From assembly GCA_002269645.1 (NCBI GenBank), contig NIVC01000618.1:1-64000 (forward strand): DNA of 64,000 bases. Reading direction: 5' to 3'. This DNA comes from Macrostomum lignano. Lineage: Eukaryota. Below the pieces are notes generated by a model. The model was not told the origin of the DNA and searched no databases. It worked only from the letters and a program-made list of their open reading frames with translations. Below, one piece after another: positions 25,376 to 46,390 of the stretch; the stretch's first letter is position 1, and each line of letters starts with the position of its first letter. Both the position numbers and the translations under genes were made by a program.

Positions 25376-26683
25376 CATGAGGTCAACACAATTCTTCAGC
25401 ACCCGAGCCAGTACTCAGCGAGTTAATCCTTTGTCAACATGTCCCTCAGACTCCCGCTTCGCAACTCCACTAAGCTACAGTGTTCTCATTCCTGACCGCA
25501 GGCTCTGACAGCAGCAAAGCTCCTGCTGGCTAATTAGCGCAGCTGGACACAGCAGACCCGACAGAAACCTGATGCAAATCATCTCCTCCGTCTCTGCCCA
25601 ACCAACCCGCCACCCTCCAGGTCTCCGGACTCAGCCAGGCCTGCCCGGCATCCACTACCTTATTAGCACTCGGGTTTGGCGAATCTGTTTGCTATTTAGA
25701 CTTCCAGTTTGGCAAGGAGAAAGAGAGAAGAGCTGGGGGAGAGGGGCTTGCATATCGAATGTGGCGCATCCCCGTTGGATCTCCCTTCCCCATCAACAGG
25801 AGGGAGGAAGCTGGGGAAAAACCGGCAGACAGTGAGACTGGAGTGGGATGGGGGGGATGAAGCGGATTAGTTTGGGGATGCGCACAAGCCGCACAAAGGT
25901 GGATCAGCTAGAATCCATGGCTTGAGCTTGTTGGCCTTGAGTTGGCTGGGATGAAAGTAGCGCACAGGCAGAGGCAGAGATGGGGAGAGTGAGGAGGGAG
26001 GGCCGCTCAATCCGAAGCATCCCGTTGCCTCCCCCTCCCCAGATTACTTTGGACGAGCGAGTGCTGAGATACCGGCTGAGGGGCAGGGAGAGCGGACTGC
26101 CAGATGGAGAAGAGAACACCATGCCTGCCCCCAGCAGCCAGCGGCATTCTGCCTTCGTCTCAGTCTCTTGTCTAACCCGCACCCCACAACCCCCTCCCCC
26201 ACTCTCTGCTCCTCGGCCGTTTCCTCTGCCCCCACCCGACCGCCCGCCTCGCCGCTCAGCCTCCAAGCCAGGCCGTTCTCCTTCTCATTCCTCATCACCT
26301 AGCGGGCCTCCCGCATCCAGCTGGTTCGGGGCCGCTGCTCCGCCCGCCTGCCTGTGGCAGCCACCCACCCGAGCTGAGGAGGACAGTCAGGCAGAGACAG
26401 TGAAAGTGTTTGTAAAGGAGAGAGAGAGAGAGAGGGAGGGAAGGTGAAGCTGGAAAACTAAGTTCCTTCGGGTCGTTCTTCTGCATTTGCAATCTTGACT
26501 GAGCTCGGCAATCGTGAGTAATCGCAATCATTTTACCCCCTTCCCCCTGCCTTCTAGAAGCAGACTGAAACTTATCTTTGTCGAATTTTGTTGTCAACCA
26601 GGTGTGCCGGCACACCTTACCTTCCGGGATCCGATAGCATCCGACCAGATAGCAGAGATTTCCACGGCTCCGCCTGAAAGCAG

Positions 26684-27961
26684 ATGTCGACGGACAAGCC
26701 AGAGGACGGCCTGACGGAGGAGCAGATCGAAGAATTCAGAGAAGCGTTCTCGCTGTTTGACAAAGACGGCGACGGCACAATCACGAACAAAGAGTTGGCC
26801 TCCGTGATGCGGGCTCTGGGGCAGAATCCGTCGCAGGAGGAGCTCAAGGTGAGCGCGCGATTGAGATGTGGGATTCGAGAATCAGGTATCACCAAAGGCG
26901 ATGGGTAATTGGAGAATGAATCATTGAAAATTGGTCATTAAAGAATTGGTCATTAAAGAATTGGTCATTGGAGAATTTGGTCATTGGAAAAATACATCTT
27001 GGGGTATTGGTCATTAAAGAATTGGTCATTGAGGAATTGGTCATTATAGAATTGGTCATTGGGGAATTGTTCATTTTGAAATTTGGTCTTTAGGGAATCG
27101 GTCATTGGAGAATTGGTCATTGGGATATTGGTCATTAAAGAATTGGTCATTTGAGAATTGGTCATTCGGGAATTGTCGATTATAGAATTGGTCATTGGGG
27201 AATAGTCATTCCGAAATTTGGTCATTGGGGAATCGGTCATTGAAGAATAGGTCATTTGGGACATTCGGGAATTGGCGATTATAGAATCGGTTATTGGGGA
27301 ATTGGTCATACAGTCAAGTGCGACAGCCACTATTTGAATATTTAAAATCATTTCAATGGCATTTCCTCCGGATGATAAATTAACAACCTGTCGAGCTTGC
27401 AATTTCCCTGAAGTTGTCGGTCACCGGGTGCTTTTGTTTCTTGTGCCCATTTTCAATTTCCAGGTCAGCATCCTGCTTTCATCGCAGCCCGAAATTACAT
27501 TCAGGGGAGTTGCATTTCCGGATTGCTCCCAGCCTCTCTCTGCTTTCCAAAACCTCTCGCTGCTTCATCCATTTGGTTTCATGAAAAATTCATTTCGCCA
27601 AGACTCTTCACCGTCACCACCCCGGGCACCCCAGGAGATGATCAAGGAGGTGGACCAGGACGGCTCCGGCAGCATCGAGTTCGACGAGTTCCTGGAGATG
27701 ATGAAGAAGCAGATGAACAGCGCAGACTCCGAGGAGGAGGTGCGTCGGGCTTTCCGCCTGTTCGACGCAGACGGAGACGGCTTCCTTAGCGCCACCGAGT
27801 TGCACCAGGTGATGCAGAACCTGGGCGAGCGACTCACTATGGAGGAGGTCGAGGCGATGATCGGCGAGGCGGACACTGACCGAGATGGCCAGGTGAGCTT
27901 CAGCGAGTTCGCCAAGATCATGGGCGTTGGCGGCGGCAGCGGCGGCGAGTCGAGCAGCTGA
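26684..27961 (+). CDS. Calmodulin-like protein, join(26684..26848,27635..27961), 163 aa
   Basis: Four EF-hand loops: [48 protein letters not shown]. Phase-0 intron AAG|GTGAGC...CCCAG|GAG joins EELK-EMIKEVD. Clearly diverged from canonical CaM. Confidence 0.93.
26915..27310. repeat. Degenerate 15/16-bp minisatellite (GAATTGGTCATTGGG)n in the calmodulin-like intron
   Basis: Shares the GGTCATTGGGGA core with the 22980-23607 array. Confidence 0.85.
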
Positions 27962-28065
27962 GCACCCGTGGGAGGCCAAACCCGGCAGTGGAAGACGAAC
28001 TCAAAAAATATTTAACCAAAACATTGCTGCTTGATTGTATTTATTTTTTCTGCGGTTGAACTTTT

Positions 28066-28758
28066 CTTTCTGAGAAACACAGACGCTCTTGGGATCGAAG
28101 GGGATTCCCCCAGCGGGTGGCTAAATGCTTCTTTCTGAGAAACACAGACGCTCTTGGGATCGAAGGGGATTCCCCCAGCGGGTGGCTAAATTCTTCTTTC
28201 TGAGAAACACAGACGCTCTTGGGATCGAAGGGGATTCCCCCAGCGGGTGGCTAAATTCTTCTTTCTGAGAAACACAGACGCTCTTGGGATCGAAGGGGAT
28301 TCCCCCAGCGGGTGGCTAAATGCTTCTTTCTGAGAAACACAGACGCTCTTGGGATCGAAGGGGATTCCCCCAGCGGGTGGCTAAATGCTTCTTTCTGAGA
28401 AACACAGACGCTCTTGGGATCGAAGGGGATTCCCCAGCGGGTGGCTAAATGCTTCTTTCTGAGAAACACAGACGCTCTTGGGATCGAAGGGGATTCCCCC
28501 AGCGGGTGGCTAAATTCTTCTTTCTGAGAAACACAGACGCTCTTGGGATCGAAGGGGATTCCCCCAGCGGGTGGCTAAATGCTTCTTTCTGAGAAACACA
28601 GACGCTCTTGGGATCGAAGGGGATTCCCCCAGCGGGTGGCTAAATGCTTCTTTCTGAGAAGCACAGACGCTCTTGGGATCGAAGGGGATTCCACCAGCGG
28701 GTGGCTAAATGCTTCTTTCTGAGAAGCACAGACGCTCTGGGATCGAGGGGCCTTCCCC
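28066..28758. repeat. 65-bp tandem repeat, about 10.5 copies
   Basis: AGACGCTCTT recurs at 28081, 28146 and 28211 (period 65). The unit contains GGGGATTCCCC. Confidence 0.95.
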
Positions 28759-29752
28759 CAGATTTGCAATTCAAATTCGCGCTGAAATTTTGTTTAACTA
28801 TCAGATTAACTTTTTAGGCAGAACATTTATAGAGTTCCCGATTCAGATACTACTCGCGCGCTCGTCAGGTTAAGTAGTTACATGTAAGTGCGCACATAGA
28901 GGCTTTTTAAATTTTGAATCGCAAAAAAATTGGCCTCAGAATTTCAGAACTTCAGGAGTCCCCTGGAAAATCCTCGATAGATATCCAACTGTCAGAAACT
29001 GCGTATTAAATGCGTTATAATCCATTGTTTTCAAAAATGCAATATTATTATCTTATGCATAAATTTTTTGTTGCAAATATGCTGAAAATCTATCGCTAAA
29101 TGCTTTCGAGACCGCGGCTAATGATATGTTAATTAGCTAATTTTATTAATAAAGTAATTAATTTCAATAACACGTGTATAATTACAGTGAAAATGAACTT
29201 CAAAGTAAATCAGAGTTGCAAAAAATCAATAAAAATGTACAAAGATTGTCCAATATATTTATAAACTGATAGACGGAAAAAGCGGGAAGCGCAGAGCACA
29301 CTGATAAGTCATGGAAAATCAGCAGAAATCGTTATTGCACACTTAAAACATCAAAATATGATTAGGAGTCAGGAAAATAATCAATAAAAAATGTCCGCAA
29401 AAATTGATTTAGAAAGGCGGCAATGTAATGACAAAGTTGTTAAAAAAGTTGTAAATAGATAATTTAATACGAAATCAAGGAATATCGACTGTAAAAGTAC
29501 ATCGATATTGTCGTCTATGATCGGGAAGCGACGCAAACATAAATAAACAAACACTACATGAAAAGCAACATTAAAATTCGAAATTGCTTAAACAGCCGCC
29601 CAGTCAGCCAGGAATGTTCGATAAGTGACATTTTCTAAGAAAGCTTCACCCAACGCCGATATGTTGAGTAGTACACATAAAGTTAAACAAAGTCCTATTG
29701 AATGCTATTCCGCGAAAACGAAGCCTCGTGGAACGTCATGGAAAATTCGAAA

Positions 29753-37226
<7,474 letters not shown>

Positions 37227-40200
37227 GGCTGTTGAGTTGGGTTCGAGTGTTATATAGTACATTGCTGTTAAAACTTATCTTAAATTGATCAACATGATAA
37301 AATGGACCTAAAAGTAAAAAAATTCAGACCTAAGTTTAAGAATATATGTCCTTGTTACAGTATTTACTTTTTGAGTTTTTATCTAAAAATACTAGTTGAA
37401 CTGCAGTGCACGTTTTCAATGTGACCAAAACGTTTTTGATTTTTGGCATATATTATTATAATGTTTAGTCTCTAACTGTTTCTTTGTACTAATATTACTG
37501 ATAACCTTTCTATTACCAAATTAATTTTAATAAAATTTAATCTGATTGGGTCAGGAAAAAACAGGTAACATATCTGTAGCTAATTAATAAATCTATAATT
37601 AACATATGCTGGAACCAGACTAATAATTTACTATAATTACAATGAGAAATATTTAAAATAAATCTATCAGAACAATAGACATCTCCATAATAGTGGCCAG
37701 ATTAAATAACTACGAAAAAATAATTTGTTCATCTAATTCTAAACAAAGAAGAGTTAAAGTCTGATACATTCGAAACAATAAAGGAAATTACATTAGTTAA
37801 ATGAGTTACATTAATAAGCTGAATATATTGTGGTTGGCAGAAATTTTGCAAATTAGGCTCGTAGACGTAATTCTTCTTTAAAAAAATACAGAAGATATTT
37901 ATTCATGCAGGTTAGAAATCTGAGTATTAAAAATGGAATAAAACAACCACTAACTGTTTGAAATTAATACCACCAATGAGCTACGGGAAAAAGCGGATGC
38001 ACTATGCATGTCAAAATGAAACAAACATTTTTAATCGACAAAATATTCTAAACAATAAAAAACCAAAATTATTTATTTAAAAACTATAAGACAGTAAGTT
38101 TTTTTTCAAGGATGAAATTATCTGTCTACTTTAAAAATGTTTCGTGATATTGTTTGAATGTTCTAGACCATAATTATTAATAAAAATGATATTTAAACAA
38201 TTGTCTAATTTAACCGCACCGCATGGGTCGTTCGCAAATTCTAGGAGGAGCAAAAATTTTAACAATTTTCCGAACATTTACTATTGTTACTGCCATATTG
38301 AAAATAATAGGACACTTTTATCTGTGAATAAAGATAATTTTTGGGTTAAACTTTATCATGCAAAAGTGTTTTTTAATCATCTGGCGGTATTAAGCGATAA
38401 TTAGCGATGAAAAAATTCAAATTCAATCATTTCACCGATGTTAATTTTTGGTACTACAAGATGTCTGTAGCTAAAAAAAAGTTGCTGTTGTGTTGAAACC
38501 TTGCTATATTACATTGAAAATTAAAGCTTATATAAATTTAATTTAAGATTTTTTTAAAGCTCAATAAACTGCACTATAAATGATTTTATAGACGCTTAAC
38601 TGTACGCCTAGCATTTCCGGTGGGATAGCCTCTTTGCGTCTCACAAAATGTATTTTTTCAGCTGACGTCTAGAATGTGCGCTTAAAATGATACATTTTGA
38701 TGCAGATAATTAGAAAAACATGTCTTTTTATCTTTTTGTAAAAAATTGTTATGAAATAGAGCACTATTGTTGATAAAAATAATTAAAAGCAACCATGCAT
38801 CGCAATAAACTCCTACTTTGAAGCACAAAATAAATATCCTGTAACCACACTAGCATTCTCCATGGAGCACCTTTTGAGCTGAAATTTTAAACAGATATTC
38901 AGTAAAGTAAACTGAGCAAATGATTTTTTTTGTTTTTGAAAATACTTCAATTTGGCTATGTATCAGTTAGTACATTGGACATATTTATTATATTTTTATT
39001 AAAATCCTTGTAACCAAGCTACAGAGAAACATGTGCAAAACTGGACCTTGAAATTTGACCTGAATGATCAGCAAATGTGTATCTCGAAATGATTTTTTTT
39101 GTTTTCATCAAGTCATTCTATGCTAATTTTTTCTGAAGGTAAAGATACCATATATTTAGAGTCAATAGGGGAAGCATTTAGACTTATTCAATAGTCATTA
39201 AAATTGCAACTATATTATTATAATATAGTAATAATATTATACATGTATTATATAGTAATATTAACTTCTAAGATGCCCTTATAAATTTAAGTAAAGACAA
39301 CAGGCCTTAATTAATTAATCAGCATTTTGAAGAAACTGACCTTATACAGATGGGCCCCAAGCTAAGAAATGAATGTAGAGCTTATTTCGTGTAAGGTATA
39401 AAAATCAATTTATTAAAATATTAAATACTTCTAATAAATTGGTTAAATTAGTTATTTACCTTGAATTAATTTAATTTTAATAATTAAATATATAAATTTG
39501 TTTCACTTCTTACTGCATTTAAATAGAGTACCTCTCTACTATACTATAGAAGTATAGTAAAAGTACATGGTAAAAAAGTATAGTAAAAAATTTTCTTTGG
39601 TTTAATCCCAGCTTGCCTCAGTTTTTTAGTCTTAATACGAGCTAGATAGTAAGTGTTGATTAATTTGCTCCATCACCTTTTGCCACGGAAACAGCACATG
39701 TCGGACATGCAACACTCTTCCTGATCCCTGGATTCAAGATGACTGCTTCTGCTTCTTCAATGCTTGAAAACTGAGCTCATGGAGCTTTAGGTTATGCTGT
39801 CAGAGTGCTGCTGCCGGTGCTGTGTGTGTATGTGTGTGTCTTCTGCGGGTAGGTTCCATGTCCCTCAGTTTAGCCACTGTTGTGGGCTAACTGGAGGAAT
39901 TGCCGTTGTCGGTGCTGCAGGTGGCACTGCATGGTAGTATTGACGCTGTCAGTGACGCTGGCAAAGGCTTGGACGAAGCTAGGTGCCGTCATTGTCAGAA
40001 GGACATGCGTGTGCTGCTTAGACCAGTGCGCACATTCGACTGGACTCGTATCTGGTGCAGTCTGGTGTATTCACTGAGATTGTGTGGATCTGCCTCCTCG
40101 CATCACCTCAACCAGGCTCAATTTCTTTTGTAGAATTTTCGTGCGCTGCTTAACTGCATCTTGTGCCTGCTGAGTGATGCCAAGAATTGTGCCACACAAT

Positions 40201-42103
40201 AATTTGGCCCATAAACTACTCGTATATTATACATATGTATGCACAGCACACACACACGCAGTTCATTCATATTAAATGTACTAGTTAATGGAATTCTCAT
40301 CTCATGAGCTCTAGTCTATGGACAAACCTGAAATTACTAGAATATCTAGATAGATCTAAACTTCTTTGAGCAGCGCGTTGCGCTGCGAGCAAAATACATG
40401 TAGATTCCTTAGCGCAACTAATTAATAGTGTAGTACAGTCTACAGCCTGAAGTAGCCTGTGTAAGATGCGGAGGGATGATTTTTGCATAGGAAGCCACTA
40501 CGGTAAGGTTGATGGAACTATGGGGAGGTGAGAGATTCAAAGCGAGGGACGGAAGCCATGCATAGTTCGATCATAAGTTTGATTATTCCATGAGTCTGGG
40601 GATGCATTAACGAGAGGCGGACGAGAGCATAGAAATAAAGCGGGCTAAATATATTAATACACAAAATTACATGTACTAGCTAGTAATTTCAGAATGGTCA
40701 GCGACTCCTCCGATTTGTATCCGCGACCGCGTGCCCACAAATCCCCCGGCAGACCCTGTCGCAGTTGGTGGTTGTGCACAGAATACAATGTTAATTTTCG
40801 AGCTTCTCTGCAAAAAAATGCGTGATGCACTCAAGATGCGTGCTATAGTCTACTTCTTTGATTGATGGCTGGGTTTTGCCTTTTCGCTTGTGATCATCAA
40901 AAGCTTGGGCGTCATTGCTACTGGTGTTTCAGTGTGCGCATTATGTCTGGTTATCATATTATGTGCATGTGCAGTGTCTTTTACCTACATTTTTGTTTGT
41001 CTCTGTTTCCTGCATGCTCTTTCGCATTTTTACACCTCGCACACCCTCATTTTTCTCAATTAACAAGTGAAATCTTTTTTTAAAGACTAACTGCTATTTT
41101 AGTTAAGCTAGTAGGTTTTTGGTAATTAAATAATTCAATTTTGTCTATTTTCCAAAAAGTTTCAAAAAATGAATTGATTAAAATAAATTTGAATTATTTT
41201 AAGTTAATTGGAGTAAAATGTCTAATAAGTAACTATAATTTTTTATTTTAAGTACATGCAGCTTTGGTATAAGTATTAATGTAATAAGTACTTAAAGTAA
41301 AATCAAGCAAGTTATAGTTTTCAGAAATTATGCTACAAATAATCAAATATATACTAGAATCCGAATTCCTTTATTAAGGAACATGCAGTTGATATTAAAT
41401 CCACAATGTGCTTTTTGGTGTTCAAGGATAGTTCCCTGACTTTTTCTATTATTAGTTAGATTTTATTATATTTAATGTAAAAATGAACAATTCTATTCAC
41501 CGTAAAAATGAACATTCTTTATTTGTCGAATCATCTTGACTTTGAAAAGATACATAGTGAAAACTTGATTTTTAATTCAACTTTTCAAGACTTATTTAGA
41601 CTTCTTAATTCAGTGATTAGTTAAACTGATCGAAGTCCTTTCGAGTGCATGCTATAATAATTTCGCACTTTTTCGCACACGATAATTTTAAATGTCTGGG
41701 ATTTAGAGCAGAGTAACAAAATGCTGTGCTCAAAAACATTTCCTTTGTCAATTTCTTGTTCTTTTATTTTTGCAAAAGAAATTTAACTGCATATTTAAAA
41801 TAAAAATAGAAGAAAATTTTATTTTCTCTTTAATATTTTTGTCGTTTATTTTCCGCAACAAAGAATAACAAATAGCCTTGATTTCTTCTCAATTTCAAGT
41901 TTTCTTGTGGTTTTAGTAGCAGCTTCTTACAGAAATTGTCGAAATAATTTTTTTTGTACGATTATTGGTCGATGTATAAACTTTTTTTGCAATAACAAAA
42001 AGTTGTGACCTAGCTTTGAGAACGACCCGCATATGCCTTAACGTGATTTGATTTAGTTGCATTCCTTTTAAACCTCAATCTAAAACAATAAATCACTTTG
42101 AAA

Positions 42104-44505
42104 ATGAAAATTCGAATCACTTTAACCGTTTTTTCGCTTCTATTTTGCGCATTTAGCCAAGGTAAGTCAGTCAGTAATCATTCTATGAAGATTTCACTCG
42201 TAAGATTACCGGTTTACGTTTCTTAAAGCTTAATAAGATTTTACGACATTCCAGATCTAGGATGCTATTATGTGTTATTTGTGTATGTGTTTATTACCAG
42301 CTTTGTTGAGTTAAATTATTAATTCTCTTGGAGACGGAGAAAAATTTGAAAGCCAAAAATTGATTTAAATAGCATCATCTGTGAATGTTGTAAATATATT
42401 TTAAAACTTGTACGAAAACAGTCAGGAAAAAACCAATAAAATCCGCTCAAAAAAAATAAAAATAATTTTGAGCGGATGTACCATAGCCGTTTCAAACACA
42501 TAAACAGTAAGGAATGAATGGCCGATGTTAGTCGATTTTCAATGCCAGTAAATCCGAAATGACTAAATCTTCGCAAAACTGATTAAGACTAATTTTTAAA
42601 TAATTCACGAATGCATAAATCATAAATATCCGGATGACAAGAATGTTTAAGAATTGAGCGAATTCTGTGGGCAGATAAAAATAAGCCAACAGAGAGGCAC
42701 ATCAGATTTTTTATCACAGATGGTAAGTACGTAGTTCGCTGTTTCGACATGCAATCTGGCAAGAAATGTGTTTAGTAAGTTAATATTATATCTATATATC
42801 TAACCAAGCAGTATTCTGCACACCTACACCTACTACACACTGCAGTAAACTATAAAGATGACCTTGAAGCCCCACACACTATCGCTGCGCATGGAGGCAA
42901 ATGCATGGCAAGATACGAGTAGTTGCGAACGTTCTAAATATATAAAGTATTTGGTGAAGATTTACCGCGGTCTCTGCATCTGACTAAAGCATCTCAGTAT
43001 CTGTATACACTAAATAAACACATTAAGCGCTATTCCACACTTTTATTTATCTATGCCAGCTACAGCCTGAAGTTATACTTTATTATGACAAGAAGCATTT
43101 AAGTGGCAGATTCAATTTTCAACTTTGACTTTGTGCCAAGTCGACAACGTTGAGTGTTTCCAAGATAAAACTTTTAACTCGCTGAACATGGAAAACATCT
43201 GTAGTTCGTTGTCATTATTGCAAGCGCAGTGAGGTGATTGGATTATGGGGTCTTTGTGGTGTGAGATGGTTGGATAATGGGGGAGGGTTGTGTGAGTTTG
43301 TTGGATAACGCTGTGCTTTGTGCAGAGAGGTGTAGAGTGAATGCAGCGGTTCAGAAACACTATTTTAAATTTCATTGTTGGATAAAAAATGACTAAAACT
43401 GTTTTTTTCAGTAAGTACGGAATCGCGACAAGTTCTTGACAGCAGCGTATCAACAACCTCCGCCTTCACCACCGAGGGCGGCAACTTCACCAACGCCGAG
43501 GAGGGCGGCAACTTCACCAACGCCGAGGAAGGCGGCAACTTCACCAACGCCGAGGAGGGCGGCAACTTCACCAACGCCGAGGAAGGCGGCAACTTCACCA
43601 ACGCCGAGGAAGGCGGCAACTTCACCAACGCCGAGGAGGGCGGCAACTTCACCAACGTCGAGGAGGGCGGCAACTTCACCAACGCCGAGGAGGGCGGCAA
43701 CTTCACCACCACCAATGAGGGCGGCAACTTCACCACCACCAATGAGGGCGGCAACTTCACCACCAATGAGGGCGGCAACTTCACCACCAATGAGGGCGGC
43801 AACTTCACCACCACCAACGAGGGCGGCAACTTCACCACCAATGAGGGCGGCAACTTCACCACCACCAATGAGGGCGGCAACTTCACCACCACCAATGAGG
43901 GCGGCAACTTCACCACCACCAACGAGGGCGGCAACTTCACCACCAATGAGGGCGGCAACTTCACCACCACCAATGAGGGTGGCAACTTCACCACCACCAA
44001 TGAGGGCGGCAACTTCACCACCACCAATGAGGGTGGCAACTTCACCAGCACCAATGAGGGCGGCAACTTCACCAGCACCGAGGAGGGCGGCAACTTCACC
44101 AGCACCAATGAGGGCGGCAACTTCACCACCACCGAGGAGGGCGGCAACTTCACCACCACCAATGAGGGCGGCAACTTCACCACCACCGAGGAGGGCGGCA
44201 ACTTCACCACCACCAATGAGGGTGGCAACTTCACCACCACCGAGGAGGGCGGCAACTTCACCACCACCGAAAGTGGTGAAGTCACAACAACGATGACAAC
44301 CTCAAGCACCACTACGCCGTCGCCAGTGTCAAGCTTTGACGCCGGCTCCTTCGTCGGTGGAGCAGCCCTTGGCGCCGGACTGGCTATCGTTATCTACCTG
44401 TTGTGCATCTGCGCGAAGCGTCATCGAAACTACGGAAGCGCTAGCAGCCAGGACAGAAGCTACGGTTCAGCTGGATATCGGCGACTCGGCGGGTCGACAG
44501 CTTAG
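42104..44505 (+). CDS. CD164/porimin-like sialomucin A, join(42104..42161,43412..44505), 383 aa, with 30 EGGNFT repeats
   Basis: Signal-peptide exon MKIRITLTVFSLLFCAFSQ with phase-1 donor G|GTAAGT and acceptor TTTTTTTCAG|TA. The open frame, missed by the ORF track for lack of an internal start, reads STESRQVLDSS...(EGGNFTNAE/EGGNFTTTN)n...FDAGSFVGGAALGAGLAIVIYLLCIC. The FDAGSFVGG-TM signature is the CD164/TMEM123 type. Confidence 0.85.
43471..44267 (+). repeat. Coding VNTR, 24/27-bp units (GAGGGCGGCAACTTCACC...) x30
   Basis: All unit lengths are multiples of 3; 30 units counted from the alternative-frame translation. Confidence 0.95.
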
Positions 44506-45469
44506 GCCCTCGGGCGTCGATCAGAACAGCGAATATTGACTAAGGTGTCAGTAAAATGATTGCGATGCTATTCAAGATAATTTGGCAAACTGCTCTGACA
44601 AACAACGGAAAATAGCTACCAATTTTTGTTAACCCTGCCCACAGTCTAGAATAACCAGATGGGCCACTCAGGCATATGCTTTGTAAAACGTACAGCTTTC
44701 TACTTTCAGTTCAGTAGCAAAGAAGAATACATAAGCTATTTTATAAAAATAAAGGCAGCTGAAATGAATTTGATAAGTTTAGAAAGAAGCCCAAGCTTGC
44801 AGACGTAAACAACTTGCTAATTGGTTCAGCAATAATGTACATTTGCCAGTCCAGTGAAATGTACATGGCAGATTTAGGCTGGAATTCCGAGAAAGGCAAT
44901 AAAAATTTGGGCGCGGCGGGGGTACGTATTATTGTACGAAAAGGCGCAATTAGAGGGTTTTAGCTGGGGGGGGGGGGGGGGGCAAGAGCCAATAAATGAG
45001 CCTTGGCTTTAAAAATACATTAAGATGCTTCAGTTTAACTTACTACTGAGCTGAAAGTAGCTTACATGCAAAGGTGATGAGTGGCCCATCAAGTTATTCT
45101 TGTATCGGTGGCCCTGTCTAACTGGACCGCAGCACTGATTTAGCTGGGAATCTGTCTGCACTTATTCCCGCTTTGCCAATGGAAGTTGCGTGGCAAAAAT
45201 AAATGTATTGATGGTAGACTTACAGTAATAACAATGCAGTATTAGCAATATTTCCAAATTTAATCCAATTTTGTCATGCATCAATATGTGCTACTTTAAG
45301 TAGTATTGATAAAAATGTTCGAATTGATATTATATCTATCAAAGGTAAAAATTACAATGAACAATGAACAATTGTTATATCCACGCGACGCCTCAGCTCG
45401 ACTGCAATAAGGAGCTTATAAAATTTAATTTAGGTACTAATTGTACTCTCAGTCAATTTTGCTTGCTGA

Positions 45470-45890
45470 AGTTTGCTTTCAGCCAAATGATGCTTGTGGA
45501 AGTTTGCGAGCCAAATTATGCTTGTGGAAGTTTGCCAGCCAAATTATGCTTGTGGAAGTTTGCCAGCCAAATTATGCTTGTGGAAGTTTGCGAGCCAAAT
45601 TATGCTTGTGGAAGTTTGCCAGCCAAATTATGCTTGTGGAAGTTTGCCAGCCAAAGGATGCTTGTGCAGGAAGTTTGCCAGCCAAAGGATGCTTGTGCAG
45701 GAAGTTTGCCAGCCAAAGGATGCTTGTGGAGGAAGTTTGCGAGCCAAAGGATGCTTGTGGAAGTTTGCCAGCCAAAGGATGCTTGTGCAGGAAGTTTGCC
45801 AGCCAAAGGATGCTTGTGCAGGAAGTTTGCCAGCCAAAGGATGCTTGTGGAGGAAGTTTGCCAGCCAAAGGATGCTTGTGGAAGTTTGCG
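45470..45890. repeat. 28-31-bp minisatellite (GCTTGTGGAAGTTTGCCAGCCAAA[TTAT/GGAT])n
   Basis: Two successive variant types; lies between the two sialomucin genes. Confidence 0.92.
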
Positions 45891-46390
45891 AGCTACTACG
45901 TCGAACGTGTTTTCCATCATGCGACACTTTTAAGTTGCTTAGTGCAATGTAAGTTACAAAAGCATAAAAAATGCACATTGAAAACTAGCAATAAAAACGT
46001 AATGAATAATTTCTGACAACATATTATTGTTTATAATAATTTAATATTAAATCCAACCTCAATATAGCGTTGCAAACAAATTTTCTTTCGGCAAAAAACG
46101 CCTAATCAGAATTTACGACTCAGTTGAAATAATGAAATAGCAAAGCCATACTCACAGCATTATTTACAAGCAACATACAAGAGGACGCTTCACATTATTT
46201 TAGTCATTGTTGATAAGCTATTTTCAACGGTATAACTTGTTATAATTAATCGCTAGCGATAAGCGCTATTGGCGCAAATTTAAATTAAGAATTTGAATTC
46301 TGTATTCAGATCTACCAGAGCTGTCTGAAAACTATCTACGTAATCCCCGTGGCAATTTTATTACTCATTTAATACTTTGGTTTTGCCAGG

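Noticed and set aside
14904-25402. Long repetitive ORFs (HIPY, SGHSLL, VQCSALC, SQNQNF, RIAEMPWLTG, NDPLP, EFTSSRVH)
   Set aside because: These are translations of stop-free tandem arrays, open in several frames and on both strands, located in introns and carrying frame-breaking indels.
25980-26447. Proline-rich ORF upstream of the calmodulin-like gene
   Set aside because: Low-complexity GC-rich sequence, more likely 5' UTR or promoter; no supported splice into the CaM frame.
20760-28758. Regular 30-bp and 65-bp repeats as possible CRISPR arrays
   Set aside because: Head-to-tail units with no unique spacers, no cas genes, and a eukaryotic context.
43365-44312. ORF-track proteins VKLPPS (minus) and RAATSP (plus)
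   Set aside because: Wrong frames. Only the EGGNFT frame links the signal-peptide exon to the TM and tail.
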